64,000 nucleotides of DNA. It comes from the human T2T-CHM13v2.0 reference genome, Homo sapiens. The stretch lies in NCBI RefSeq assembly GCF_009914755.1, contig NC_060935.1; one strand, given 5' to 3'. The translations under genes were made by a program, and so were the position numbers. Below are positions 12,531-26,613 of the stretch, piece after piece; within the stretch, counting starts at the first letter, position 1; the number at the start of each line of letters is the position of its first letter. The notes under the pieces are model-generated. The model had not been told where the DNA came from. It worked only from the letters and a program-made list of their open reading frames with translations, and ran no database searches.

Positions 12531-15175
12531 TATAACACCATTTTCTATAACAAATGTTATTTTTCATGAACAGCCTTTGCAAGGTTCGTACAAAGAACCC
12601 TTAAGCAATGAAATGGACTTCCTGAAATTGGTGCAAACTTCCATGTAGATGCATTTCTACATTCAGATTATGCATCTGAGGAATATGGTGTTTTGCAGCT
12701 AATGCTATCACTTACTATTGCAAAATTTCCATTTTGTACTTAGATTCAAATATTGCAGAAAATGATGAGAAAATCTATTTGCTCTCTTAAAAAAGTATTA
12801 AATACATGAGTAAATACATAATAATCATGGTGGTCAAATTGCATGAAATTCTACATACCTTTCTCAGCCATTTATTTTCTGAATAAAGAACAAAAAGAGG
12901 AAGGAAAACAACATGAAGGTTGAGGAAATTCAGGTGCACTGCATGCTCTATAAGGTCTAGAATTCTGCTTATTACATGGAATGCCTCAAAATACCCCAGA
13001 GACAAAGCCCTTTTTTATGGTGGTATTTTAAAATGTACTGCTGCTGAGAGTTGTCCTCCCACTATTTCAGAAAAGTGGGAGAAGGGTATGGGCCACTGAC
13101 AATTTACGTAAGTATCTCAGATAATCCTAACTTGGTGCTAGGGTTTAAAACCATTGCTCTAGGGATCTTATGTAACTCAATTCAACTTTATTTGATTTTA
13201 GGTATATGAATTTAAATCACTTGGCATTCAGTCTTGAGCTGTTTCTGTAACATTACCATAATTGCTTTAAAGCCATCACAAGGAGCAGACATTCTCGAAT
13301 TTTTTGGTGGGGTATAAAGTACTGTTAAATGAGTGTTACATCAGGAGTGGATAAAGGTTAAGGTAGGAAGAGCCAATGTTCCTTAGCTTCCTTGCATTCC
13401 TTCTTGAGAACTAAACTCTAGTGGTAGTTTATAGCTGTCCTCCTTTCCTCTAAAGAAATGCAAGAGGTTAATCCAGGGAGCCTTCAATACTGCTGCCCCC
13501 TGAATCTTGTCCATCTTAATAATTTAGATTCATCAATGGGAGGACCTTCAGATTAAATTTACTGCCATCTGCTTGCACTGGCCAAATTCTCCTTTCATAT
13601 TTAGGTCGGTCATTTTTAAACAGTTCACAAAAAGGAAAACCTTGGATAACATATTGTTCAATTTATCATTCCCCAAAGTAAATAATTGTAAATGCTGCAA
13701 ACCTCTAAATGAATGATAGCTAAATATTTGCAACCTTAATCAAAATAGTATCAGAGAACCATTAAGTTTCCAGTTTTCTTGTTTCTGTTTCTCACTGCTC
13801 AGCAACTTGGCTATAACAAATCTTTGTAATCTGCCAAGAGCCCATCACTAAACCTGCTGAAATGAAGTTTCTAATACTGCAGAATGAAGTCTGAGATAGT
13901 GTGATAAGTTTCAGCTTGGTGGAAAGAGCTGTTAAATCTAAATCCTATCTAAACTAAACCTTTTTAATTCACTCACCTAAATGTGAGACTCTTTAGTTAT
14001 TGCATTTCTCTGTTCCCATTATGCAACAGTACAGTTTAGAGTTGTTAACAATTGACTTCTTTCTGGATTTATTGTGATTTATGGGACACAGAACAGAAAA
14101 TGCTGACTAAAGCTTAACTGTGGTGCCAGTTGCCCATTAGACATTTTGACTTTTTAATAGCCTCAGCAGATGTACACTCCGGCTAAATGAGATCTCATAA
14201 ACACCATTTTGATAAAAATGCATTCATTTTATGCATCCCTGAATAAAGCTTCCCATGGTGATCCATTACACAGCTTAAATGTTTAGCCTTTTGTGGAACA
14301 TAAGAAAACATTTTGCTTTCAAAATGAGGTGCATTTATTTTGTTTATGTTGTGGGAACTGAACAGATTTCTGAATCAATTATTTACAAGCCATTTATGAG
14401 TTGGGATTTGCAAATTTCAAAGCAAAGACTTAGGAAATACAACCGTATCCATTACTACATGTTATTTTGATGTTTTCACAAGAGGACGTTATCATTCAAG
14501 GCATCTTATTTTCCTATTTGTGATATTGTTCAATACTATGGAAGAAGATGTAAACTCACTACAAAAAAAAATGGCAACTTAATTTTCTTTCAGTGAGAAC
14601 ACCCAAGGTTCTTTTTACGTCAACATATCATTCCGTATAATTAACAATAGTTTGACTTGTAATGTTCCATTGAGAGTGGAATATGGTGCTTGGAATGCTA
14701 TCGCTCAATATTTCCTGACTTAAAAAAATATGTTTCTAATTTGGTAAAAGCCACATGGTTAAACTTTATTTAGTGATTATTTTCATTCCAAGTGTTGTAA
14801 AGTCTTTGGCAAATTTTATTTTTTTCAATTTATAAAAGTGAATCTTGAGATGATTTATTTTTGTGCTTTGTGTGGTTTGAACAAAGCTTATAAAAATAAT
14901 TTATAATCACTGATAAATCTACGAATAAATCATTACAGTCAGTTGTATTCATTAAATACAATGACTTTGGACTCGGGATACTGCATTCTCTTATTAATGG
15001 AGACAGAGCCTGTTTATAGTCATAGTCACCTGTATTTACTGAAAATAATCATTAAGTTGCTTTACATGGAGCTCCATACTCCCATGGGAAAGAAGGTGCA
15101 AATTAAACACCCTAATCAGTGCGAAGGGTTGTTGAGTAGATTGCATTTTCCAGTTAATTCGCCCCTTCCTTTATA

Positions 15176-15520
15176 CAAGCATACTTAATTTTATTGTGCA
15201 TCACACTTTATTGTGCTTTGCAAATATTGCATATTTTTACAAATTGAAGTTTTGTAGTGACCCTGCATTAAGCATGTCTGTTGTCACCATTTATCCAACA
15301 TCATGTGTTCACTTCATGTCTCTGTGTCAGTAGTTTTTAACAATAAATTATTTTTAATTGATATATATTTACTTTTTTGCACACTTAACAGATTTAAAGT
15401 ATAGTATAAAGATAACTTTTCTATGTGCTAGGAAACCAAAAAAATGTGACTTGCTTTATTGTGATATTTGCTTTATTGCAATGGTCTGAAACCAAACTTG
15501 CAATATCTCCGAGGCCTGCT
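15176..15520 (+). mobile_element. Internally deleted Tigger1 derivative retaining both ends
   Basis: Tigger1 5' end (caagcatac...ttttacaaattgaag) fused to its 3' end (ggaaaccaaaaaaatgtgacttgctttattg...gcaatatctccgagg); TA flanks. Confidence 0.85.
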
Positions 15521-16070
15521 ATATATGCATCTGAATCAGAAAACGTAGTGGGAGATAAAGATGCCTCCATATAGCTTACACTTTCAAAGGAGAAATGAGC
15601 AGAAAAACAGAAGTTTACTTTGAATAGATTGTATCTTTCCCCTGCTTTAAGGATTCATTCTTCCTTTATCACACATCTATTAAGTGCCTAGACCAATGTT
15701 AAGCTTTTACATTAAGACATGATAGAATAAGGTCCCAGGGGTTAAAATCTAGAAGTCATAGTCTTGTGTGATTAAAACTATGACCATGTTTTTAGTTGGC
15801 ATAGATATAAATAAGTAATGCACCAAAGGGTAGACTTGGAAGTAGATACCCTAATAAGTATCTTTTTGTTTAGTAAACACAGCTTACTCAACTCCATCCC
15901 CTACCCACTCGATATTGTCATTTGAAACGGCAGCCATAGAGTTATTTGTAAGGAATACTTTTATGTGTTATATCACCCACATAGAGAACATTTTTACATT
16001 TGCATAGAAATACACTAACAGATACCACAATGCAAAGTAGTTAATTTTTACATGTATATGAAAAACATAG

Positions 16071-16427
16071 GAAAGAGGACCAAGATGGCTGACTCAAAGC
16101 AGCTAGTGTGGGTGGCTCTCATGGAGAGGAATGGAAGGGGTGAGTAAATACAGTAACTTCAAGGGAAACCAAATACTGCATGTTCTTATTTATAAGTGGG
16201 AGTGAAATGATTAGAACATGTGGACACATAGAGGGGAACCACAGACACTGGTGCCTACTTGACAGTGAAGGGTAGGAGGAGGGAGAGGAGCAGAAAAGAT
16301 AATTATTGGTATGGGGCTTAATTCCTAGGTGATGAAATAATCTTTACAACAAAACCCTGTGACACGAGTTTACCTGTGTAACAAACCTTCACTTGTATCC
16401 CTGACCCTAAAATAAAATTTAAAAAAA
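16071..16427 (+). mobile_element. L1PA15/16-like element reduced to its 5' ~95 bp and its 3'UTR
   Basis: 5' 'gaggaccaagatggctgactcaaagcagctagtgtg...gagtaaatacag' joined at ~16165 to the 3'UTR 'aaaccaaatactgcatgttc...ccctgaccctaaaataaaatttaaaa'. Confidence 0.8.
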
Positions 16428-16662
16428 ATAGAAACCCTGTAAAGTAAAGCAAAAAGAGAAAAAATACTGAGAAAAATAAACCATGTCATAGAAATTTGTG
16501 GGAAAATAGTAAGCTGTCTAATGTACATATAGTTTGAGTCCCAGAAGAGCAATGGTGAGGACAGAAAAGAAATATTTTCAGACATAGTGGCTGAAAACTG
16601 TTTAAATTTGATGAAAATTATAACCTCACACATCTAAGAAGTTCCACAAACCCCAAGAAAGA

Positions 16663-17579
16663 AAATTAGTTCAACCATTGTGGAAGACACTGTGGCAATT
16701 CCTCAAGGATCTAGAACCAGAAATGCCATTTGACTCAGCAATCCCATTACTGGGTATATACCCAAAGGATTATAAATCATTCTACTATAAAGACACATGC
16801 ACACATATGTTTATTGCAGCACTGTTCACAGTAGCAAAGACTTGGAACCAACCCAAATGCCCATCAACAATAGACTGGATAAAGAAAATGTGGCACATAC
16901 ACACCATAGAATACTGTGGAGCCATAAAAAATGATGAGTTCATGTCTTTTGCAGGGACATGGATGAAGCTGGAAACCATCATTCTCGGCAAACTAACACA
17001 AGAACAGAAAACCAAACATTACTTCTCACTCATAAGTGGGATTTGAACAATGTCTTCCAGAGCCCAGGTCTCTGCACATACCTCAATGGCTGCTCTGATG
17101 AGACTCCACATAGTTCTGTGTGTCAGACTGAAGGCCCTGGTGGAGTGGGTCCACGAGGGGATCTCCTGACCCAAGGGTACGAAGACCCATGGGAGAAGCG
17201 TGGGTTCCCAGGGCCACAGCATTCACTCACCACCTCCCTGGATGGGGGAGGCTCCCTTGGCTCCATGTCCTTCCAGGGTGGGCCACCATCCTGCCTTGCT
17301 TTTCTGCATTCTTCATGGGTAAAGTTGTTTCTTTTAGTAGTCCCAGTGCAAGTACCTGAACAATGAGAACACATGGACACAGGGAGGGGAACATCACACT
17401 CCGGGGCCTGTCAGGGGGTGGGGCCCTAGGGGAGCAATAGCATTAGGAGAAATACCTAATGTAGATGACGGGTTGGTGGGTGCAGCAAACCACCATAGCA
17501 TGCGTATACCTATGTAACAAATCTGTACATTCTACACATGTGTCCCAGAACTTAAAGTATAATAAATAAAAAAAAAAAA
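16663..17579 (+). mobile_element. L1PA7/8-like 3' end (ORF2 C-terminus, 3'UTR, poly-A) carrying an insertion at 17053-17356
   Basis: ORF 16678-17046 is the ORF2 C-terminus (AIPLLGIYPKDYKS...WNQPKCPS...WMKLETIIL); canonical 3'UTR and poly-A. Confidence 0.95.
17053..17356 (-). mobile_element. Inverted fragment of an L1PA15/16-type 5'UTR
   Basis: Reverse complement begins ggtacttgcactgggactactaaaagaaacaactttacccatgaagaatgcagaaaagcaaggcagg; flanked by direct repeat TGAACAATG at 17044-17052 and 17357-17365. Confidence 0.75.
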
Positions 17580-18439
17580 CTGGACACTACTTGTAAAAAA
17601 AAGAGATAGCCCATGTAAAAAATTTTTAAATTATGCTGAGACACATCATAATCAAATTCCTGAAAATCGGTGATACATAGAAACAGCTTAATAGCACCTG
17701 AAGAAAAAAAATTCTTAATAACTGAATAAACAATTTCTATAGACTTCTTTTGAGAAATGTACATGCCAGAGAATAGAGTAACATTTTTAAAGTGCCGTTA
17801 CTCCAGAAAATACTATTAAAATGAGTATCTCTTTTCCATGATCAAGCTTAAGAACTAAAAAACTAGAGTTTAGATACTACTATTATAATATAACTATCAT
17901 AGAATACTATCGAATGAACAAGTTTTCTTCATTCATTAGATTATCCTCTGACTTTCCTTCAATTTTCTGGAAATAATTTTTCAACCCTTATTATAAATTT
18001 CTATTACCAAGTCTAAAATTCAGTTAGATGTTTAGAAGGGCACACAGAGAACTTGAAAGTATGTGCCTGAACCCAAAAGGAGAGAATTATTGGTCATTGA
18101 AGATGGATATCTGTACTATAGACAAGTAAGCCCTGTACCACCCGAAGGCCCTTTACCTATAGTGCATGGAGCCCCAACTCTGCTTTCTCCTTACCTTCTC
18201 CAAATCTCATCCATGTTTATAGAGTTTTTATTTTATTTTATTTTATTGTCTTTTTGGTTTAACTATCTCCTAATACTATCATACATCTGACTCTGGCATG
18301 ACAACTTGATCCTGATTCCTAATAACACTTTTGTTAGATAGCAGAATTTTGATATTTTTCATCTTTAGCTGATTTCTATTATCTAATAAAAAATGAGGTA
18401 AAAATACTGAAAACTGTTGATGGTGGTGGTGATGATGAT

Positions 18440-18660
18440 AGAAGAGATAGATACTGTATGATCCAGAGACTAAAATTGTTTATATATAATATTTCATTTT
18501 CACAATAACTCTATAAGGCTGTTATTGTTAGCATGATTTTTTCAGATGATATAACATTATAGATAGTGTATAAATTGCCCAAAGTTACATAAATTAAGAA
18601 ATTTTGAACTAAGATTTGATCCCAGGTCTGGCTCATATTCGCTGTATTCCTATCTTCTAT
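18440..18660 (-). mobile_element. MIR
   Basis: 'cacaataactctataagg...ttttttcagatga...aaattgcccaaagttacata...gatttgatcccaggtctggctc'. Confidence 0.7.
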
Positions 18661-20349
18661 AAAATCGTCTTCCCTAAGTAGAATTTATTGACTGCCAACT
18701 GTGTTTCAGGCATGCGTATTATTTTTATGTGTTATGTTTGTATATAAAGAGACTATCATGAATACACCAGTGGTTAGGTAGATCATTCTCAATTTTTTTC
18801 TGTTTTCAAATTTCTTGTACTTCTTTGTGACCACATTCTCTATATGCATCACTGGTCATTTGTGACACAGAGTCAAAGGCAGGAATTTTCTAGATATTGC
18901 TAGAACAACACTGCAAAGGCATCCAGTGTCATCCGACTCTTTTAAGTTGAGTTACTGAATACCCCCTTGCTGGTTTATATTTCACCAATGTTGATAATTT
19001 AGAAGTTGAGGCCAGTAGTGCATAATAAATTTTAATCAGCCAAAAAAATACAACAGAAGATTTGGTTGCAGGGTTTTACACTAACACACACACAGTTTTG
19101 TATGTGTACATGCATATACATATGAATATATGCAGGTATATGTATATATATGCATACGTATACACACACAGTCTTCATCCAAGTATTACATGAACCCATA
19201 AATGTTAAAGTGGTACTGATTGTTTTGATTTTCTTTCACTTAAAATATTTTTGCTTGTCTGACAAGTACTATATATGAGTGGTTTTTGACAGATTATTCA
19301 TCATGAGGATTAGTAGAGCATATAAATCATAAATCAGTGAAAATGCAGAAACCCTACTAGAAGAAGCACATCTGAGAATTGATTGAAACATATCAAAAGA
19401 AAACATTAATCAACATCTGATTCAAATAAAAAGATATAGTTCAAGGAAAAAGGATTGTCAAAATTTTGGTAGGCAGAAAATAGGAAAAAAAAGTACAAGG
19501 AATCCTCTTTCTCTTTCTCTCTCCTGCTCTCTCTCTCTCTCTATCTCCATATATATATATGACTTTCTCTGAGAATAAAGAGGGAAAATTTGGGCTAAGG
19601 TTACAGACTGCATTCTAACCACCTCTTCTGTTTCCTGTAACTATTTTCTTCTATAAATAAAAAGTTCACCCCCCGATCCTATTTGGGAAAAGGAAAAGAG
19701 AATAGCCCAGTGTATTTACTCCAGGCTACTGGGCGGTAGACTTGAAGCAAATGTGTTGAACTGCTATCCTTTCCTTGGTAATTCAGCCCTAGTAGACCTG
19801 GTGTCACTGGTTCTTCGATTTTATTTTGTCTCTTGCTCTCTAATTTTGTCTCTTTTTGTGTTTGTGTCCACAATTTGGCAGTGATCCTTTATCAGTCATT
19901 GCTGTAGTAAAGAAACTCTCAAGACAAGCTACCTTAACAACCATTCACATACAGATTCCTAAGTTTCTACATGTGCACATTCACAAACTGAAGAATAAGA
20001 CAGAGAGAGAGAGAGAGGAGAGAAGAAATAGAGTGACAGAGAGAGAGAGAAAGAGAGAGAGCAACTGAGAGAATTCACCCAAATCATGATCAATGTGTAT
20101 TATTGTTATATTACTATATCTACTATGTATCTGATATGTCCCTTTCAAATTCACTTAAGATCTAAATTCCTGGATGAGAGATTATATTGTTTGCTGGTGA
20201 AACCCTAAGTAGCAAATGCTATTTCAATGGAAATTCCTATTTAATAAAACTAGTTATAAATCCCATTAGGAGGTGAGCTTATTTCAATAAATATTTGCTG
20301 TAGCACTGGCTAAGTACAATGAGATGATTTAACCATGTTCTTGAATATA

Positions 20350-21549
20350 CAGTCATATGTAGCCTAGCAACAGAGGCACATTCTGAGAAATGCATCATTA
20401 GGTGACTTCATCATTGTGCAACCATCATAGGGTGCACTTAGACAAACCTAGACGGTACAGCCTACTATCCACCTAGGCTATACGTTATAGCCTGTTGCTC
20501 CTAGGTTACAAACAGGTACAGCATGTTTCTCTACTGACTATTGTAGGCAATTTTAATGCAATGTTAAGTATTTGTGTATCTAAACACATCTAAATATAGA
20601 AAAGGTACAGTATAAAAGATAAAAAATGGTACATGGTTTAGGGCAATTACCATGAATGGAGCTTGCAGTACTGAAGGTGGCGCTCTGAGTGAGTCTGTGA
20701 GTGAGTGGAGTAAATGTGAAGGCCTAGGACATTAGAGTACACCACTGTAGTAGACTTTATAAACATTGTACACCTAGGCTACACTCAATTTATTAAACAA
20801 ATTTTTTTCTTCAATAATAAATTAAACTTAGCTTACTGTGGTATTGTAATTTTACTTTATACACTTTTTTAAATTTTTTGACTCTTGGAATAACACCTAG
20901 TTTAAAATACAAATACATTGTACTGTTGTATAAACATTTTATTTCTTTATGTAATTATTCTATAAGTGTTTCTCTATTTTTAAAATGTGTGTGTTTTTTT
21001 TAACTTTCAAACTTTTTTAAAAAAATTAAGACTCAAACACACAGATTAGCCTAGTCCTATACAAGATCAGGGTCACTCAAATCATTGTCTTTCACCTCTC
21101 CATCTTGTCCTACTGGAAGGTCTTCAGGGGTAATAGCAGGCACAAAGCTGTTAACTCCTATGATGACAATGCCTTCTTCTGGAATCGCCCCTGCCTGAAG
21201 CTATTTTATAGTTAACTTTTTAAAAATATATATATTTAAGTGGAAGGAGTACACTTTTAAATAATGATAAAAAGTATAGTAAATATTTAAACCAGTAACA
21301 GAGTTGTTTATTATCAAGTATTATGTACTATACATAATTACATGTGCTATACTTGTATACTACTGAAAGGACAGTAGCATTGTTTATGCCAGCATAACCA
21401 CAAGCACTTGAATAATGTATCATGGTAGGGTAGCATGACAGCCACAAAATCTCTAGGTGATAAAAATTTTTCAGCTCTATTATAATCTTAAAGGACCACT
21501 GTCTTTATGTGGTTGGTCGTTGACTAAAATGTTACAGGGTGCATTACTG
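20350..21549 (-). mobile_element. Tigger3b-like non-autonomous DNA transposon, near full length
   Basis: ~1.2 kb from cagtcatatg to 'tataatcttaaaggaccactgtc...gtcgttgactaaaatgtt...tgcattactg'; TA on both sides. Confidence 0.9.
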
Positions 21550-21792
21550 TATGATGTTTACTTCTCTGCTTGGAAAACCCAGATTATTTTCAACATACAA
21601 CATCAGTTTAAAACTGGAATAAATATATCTTTCAGTTAGTATGTTGGTGTAATATAATGTTCTTGTTGTTGCAGATGAGATTTTCTCTTGATTTTAAAGT
21701 TATTTTTCAAATGACTGTATATTGGTGAGGTTAAGAACATGGGCTTTGGGGTCAGAGTGATCTGAGGTTATAATTTGCCGTGTAATCTTTAG

Positions 21793-22474
<682 letters not shown>

Positions 22475-22937
22475 GCAAATTTCTTAATCTTACCACACTT
22501 CACATTCTTCATGTGTAAAATAATGATAACAAATGTACATAGCATATTGGGTTAAACGATTACTATTACTTAAGTTAGCATCATTTGACTGAGCAATCAC
22601 CATAGGTCACTCATTTTACTCTCGCAAAAGTTTTACTAATTAAGTAATGTTTTTATCACCTCTATAAGGCAAATTAACAATTGAAGCTTGAAACATTCTA
22701 TAATATTTTGGAAGTCACAAAGCTGCTAAGTGTAGACTTGAGATTTAAATCCAGGGAGTCTCACCCTGGAGATGGTTTTCTCCTACCCACTGTGATAAAC
22801 TCCATCATGAAATCATGCAAGTATGAACAGTGCTGGGCAGTTGGGTACTTACTTCTCAGCTATAATATTTTGAAGCCACTTGTCCATGATTTTTAAGTAT
22901 CTAATATTACTAACAGAAAGTTCTCTTTCAATCTTAT

Positions 22938-23190
22938 GTTTATTCATTCAATAAATATGTACTGAATACTTACTGTGTGCCAAACATTCTTCTTGGTTCA
23001 GGTTACAACAGCAAATAGAGCAGAGCTAATTCCTTACCCTATGGTGCTTACACTCTAGTGTATGGGGGGAGATAAAAAATAAGATAAATAAGTATAATAT
23101 ATAGTATATTAGATTATGGTAAATTATAAGAAAAATAGTACAGAAAGATAAGGGAATGGCAGGTGTCAAGGAGTGCAGTTTTAAATAAGC
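22938..23190 (-). mobile_element. L2a 3' end
   Basis: 'ttattcattcaataaatatgtactgaatacttactgtgtgccaaac...gcttacactctagtg'. Confidence 0.8.
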
Positions 23191-26100
23191 TATGAAATGA
23201 TTTTAGTCATTGGCATAAACCTTGATGAGCCTCAGTTTCTTCATTCAGAACATAGGAATAGTGATATTTATCTTGACAATCTTAAGAAATTATTTGAGAA
23301 TCAAATAGAGATGAGCACGCTGTGTGAATTATAAAATTTTTTAAATGTGACATATCAAATATTGAATAAGTGTTGCATCTGGTATTTAATTTGGAGCAAA
23401 ACATTCAGAAAAAAAGAACAGTAGGAAAGCCAGAAACTACAGAAAAAGCTAGATGCGATGAACATAGAGAAAAGTTAGGTAAGAGTGATGTTTTGAGTTA
23501 GAAGGTAATATCCTGCATGGCATGTATGTATGTTCAGAAACATTTTGTGACTTAACTAGTCATACAATATAATATATACCCATGGGTGATGGCATTACTG
23601 TACCAAGTCAAACTTCTGGGTTTTATGACTTTCTGTATTTTATGTTTGCAGTCTTATTAAAGTAACTTAGAAAGTGTTTCCCTAGGGATCAAACCTCTCT
23701 CAACTCACATCATGACTTCTGCAGATAATTTCTTTTAGAGGTAGTAGGTTTCTTTTTCTCTAAAATTATATGTTGAAAGAGAATAAGACTGAATATTCCC
23801 ATGGGCAATGTGCAATAAAAATTTAATCACCCAGAGGAACTTGTGACTCTAACAACTGACACTCCTGTGTCCATATTGCCATTCTTTACTACCACTGAGT
23901 TTCAGCCTCTATTAGAATTGGTATCATAGACAGCAGTGAGGAATGGGCTCTGAGTAGGGAACTGTTCCGGTGGGTGGTGGTTGGCTCAGGCAGTACCTGA
24001 ATGTTAAGGGGGAGCTCAAGTATGTGTGGGCATGTGGACAGAGAGCTTTAGATAAGATTAAGGAAGTATGGTATAAATATAGAGCACACGAACCCAGAGA
24101 AGTAAGGCAGAAATCAAAGCATCTAGAAATTCATAGAATCAGAAATATTAGGACATAACAAGAAGATTTGGAATCCAAATTAGCAGCAAGAGGACAATGA
24201 CTGGCCACTTAAATCACAACAATCAGAGGTCAGCATGTGAAAAAGATATGTTCATCAAGGCAATGATGCCCAAACCCACAAGTTGCTTATGGGTTGCCTG
24301 AATAGAAGTTGCTTATATGCTTTCCACTTGGGAGAGAACAAAGTTCAGCATAGCTCCAGCTTACAGGGCAGCAAATCACCTGCTGAAAGCTGACATAGAG
24401 CTGTCATAGCACCATGTCTTCTCATGATTAATAAACCCTGGCACACCTGCTCATCAGAGCTTCAGCAATCACTGTTGGATGAAATCAGAAGTTGGAGAAT
24501 AAAGAGTTTTGTGATGATCTCCCTTCTCCAACTGTGAAAAAAAAATGTGCTTTGACTTTTTTATGTGTTCTCTGTATTTTCCTGCTCTAGCCATTCAACA
24601 GTATTGGGACCGAAGCCAGATAACAAATGCTCACTTCTACATAGGTGGGTTAAACTGAGAAAGGAAGAGAATATGATCCTTTCAAAGAAGAGACTGAAAG
24701 AGATATCTTGATAAGAGTTCAATGCTACGTGTCTAATCTAGACTTCAAATCTGCTCTTCAGACTATTAATGTCAACCATATAGCAGTGGAGTGCTTCCTG
24801 TATCAAATATCTCACTCTTTTCCCTCTTGTTTCTTCCCCTTTCACTTCATCCACATACCTTTTCTTAATTATTAGAACTACCAACCATTGAGTTTGAGGG
24901 AAACTTGGGCACTATCTTAAATTAATTTTTCAGCCTCACACAACTAATCAAGTAATAAGTTTTGTCAATTCTATCTTTTAATGAACTGTCTGTCTTTGTC
25001 TGTCTACATCTGTTGATTCCCAGGACCAGAACTCTAGTTCAAGATTTTATTTTTTTACCTTTTCCTTGGAAGACTACGCTTGACTCATAAGAGGTCTTCT
25101 TTCTAGTATCTTTTGTCTCCTAATCCTTTTCCTTTAGTGACATTCTTGAATAGAAAATCAACTATGCAGTCTCCTACTACATCTGTTCAGTACTTCAACA
25201 CCATATGATACCGACAGGTTGAAATGCAAATGCATTAATATGATTCCAACCAACTACCTATAACTTTCTAGTTGCATTGTGCTTTACTCTACACAACTTC
25301 TGCAGATCCCCTACTTATCATTCAAGATTCTTAAGTGTAACTTAATCCCAACAAAGTTTTTAAAATTTATTTATTTTTCTTCAGAGTCTATTCAGAAGTA
25401 ACTGAAATCAAAATGATATCAGGAAGTTGACATCATGCATCATAGGTTTCATTCATATTAGTACCAGGGAATGCAAGTACACACATAGAAACATGATTTT
25501 ATAAACTTGCTATAAACTTGCTGTAGCTGTATTGTGTGATGTCTTATGCTTATGAAAATACTGAGAAAATACAGTTTTGAGCCAAATGCAGTGTGGTTAT
25601 GTATTTAAAATAACATAATCATTATGAAACAACAAATTCATAATACTGAAATACACATGCTACTTCCAACTAATGCTCTTGTTTTTATGACCAGATCTGG
25701 TCACACAGTTATATATGAAAAATGTGTATTATTTAGAAGACAGTTAGTGTCTTCCACTGTTGTATATGTTCAGGACAGATAGTATCAATTTTTACAATCT
25801 ATCAAATCAACAAAGAATACTGATAAAATAGATCAATTGATTATTTTAGTAATAAAACTGAATATGCATAACATGTTGCATATTTGGTCTACTCTTATTT
25901 TCTTAATACCCATTTGTGTTAAAATATGTATGTATTATATATTTATGTATATATGCATGTATGTATATTAATATATGCCTATATATGTAGTATGTGTGTG
26001 TGTGTGTATATATATATATATGTATTTCAACTTATATATTTTAATTCATGGTAGTTTGAGGCAAATAATATTAAATTCAGAAAATACTGCAGTCCAGAAA

Positions 26101-26613
26101 ATTATGCTGACAACTTGCTTCAACTTTTTCTGCTGACGTCTATCATTGACTTGACATGCATCTGAAATTTGTACATAATCTCTATTTAATACCCTAATTG
26201 AAGCTGTCTCAGTCTTTAATATGGAAGTCCAGCACAGAGAAAATATAACAATATTTATATTAATGACTCATTTTTAGGTTCTTCAAGTCTTTATGAACTG
26301 GAGTCAGCATTTCTATTTCTATGTTATAAGTAGCACATATATTTTACAACTATGAAGCAGAGTAAAATTTTAAGGCCTAAAGGAATAAAAAAAGAATTAT
26401 GTAACTACTAGTAAAATGATGATGCTAATATGACAACTCTTATAAGCAGGAATGAAGTTAAAATATTAAGTTTTCCAGAAATCAAAAAACTTTTGGTTCC
26501 CAATATGAATACTTGGATAGTAAGTTGTCTTAAGGAATTGCCCAGGACACCAGTTCCCAGTATTGTTTTCTTACATGAATCTACAGATTCAAATGGTTTA
26601 TTTAACATGTATA

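Larger units (their letters stand above)
16432..17795 (+). mobile_element. Old L1M ORF1 relic (16432-16662 and ~17620-17795), split by an L1PA insertion
   Basis: ORF1-like patches 'gagtcccagaag...gctgaaaac...aatttgatgaaa' and 'gagacacatcataatcaaattcctgaaa' (RHIIIKFLK). Confidence 0.7.

Noticed and set aside
12930-13162. Possible MER5-like DNA transposon end
   Set aside because: Only the last ~30 bp resemble it; insufficient support.
16138-16170. GTGAGT splice donor suggesting the collapsed L1 is a spliced retrocopy
   Set aside because: The sequence continues ~20 nt past the GT before the junction, so the join is not at that donor.
16678-17366. 122-aa and 135-aa ORFs as genes
   Set aside because: They are the L1 ORF2 C-terminal remnant and read-through into the inverted 5'UTR insert; no independent gene structure.
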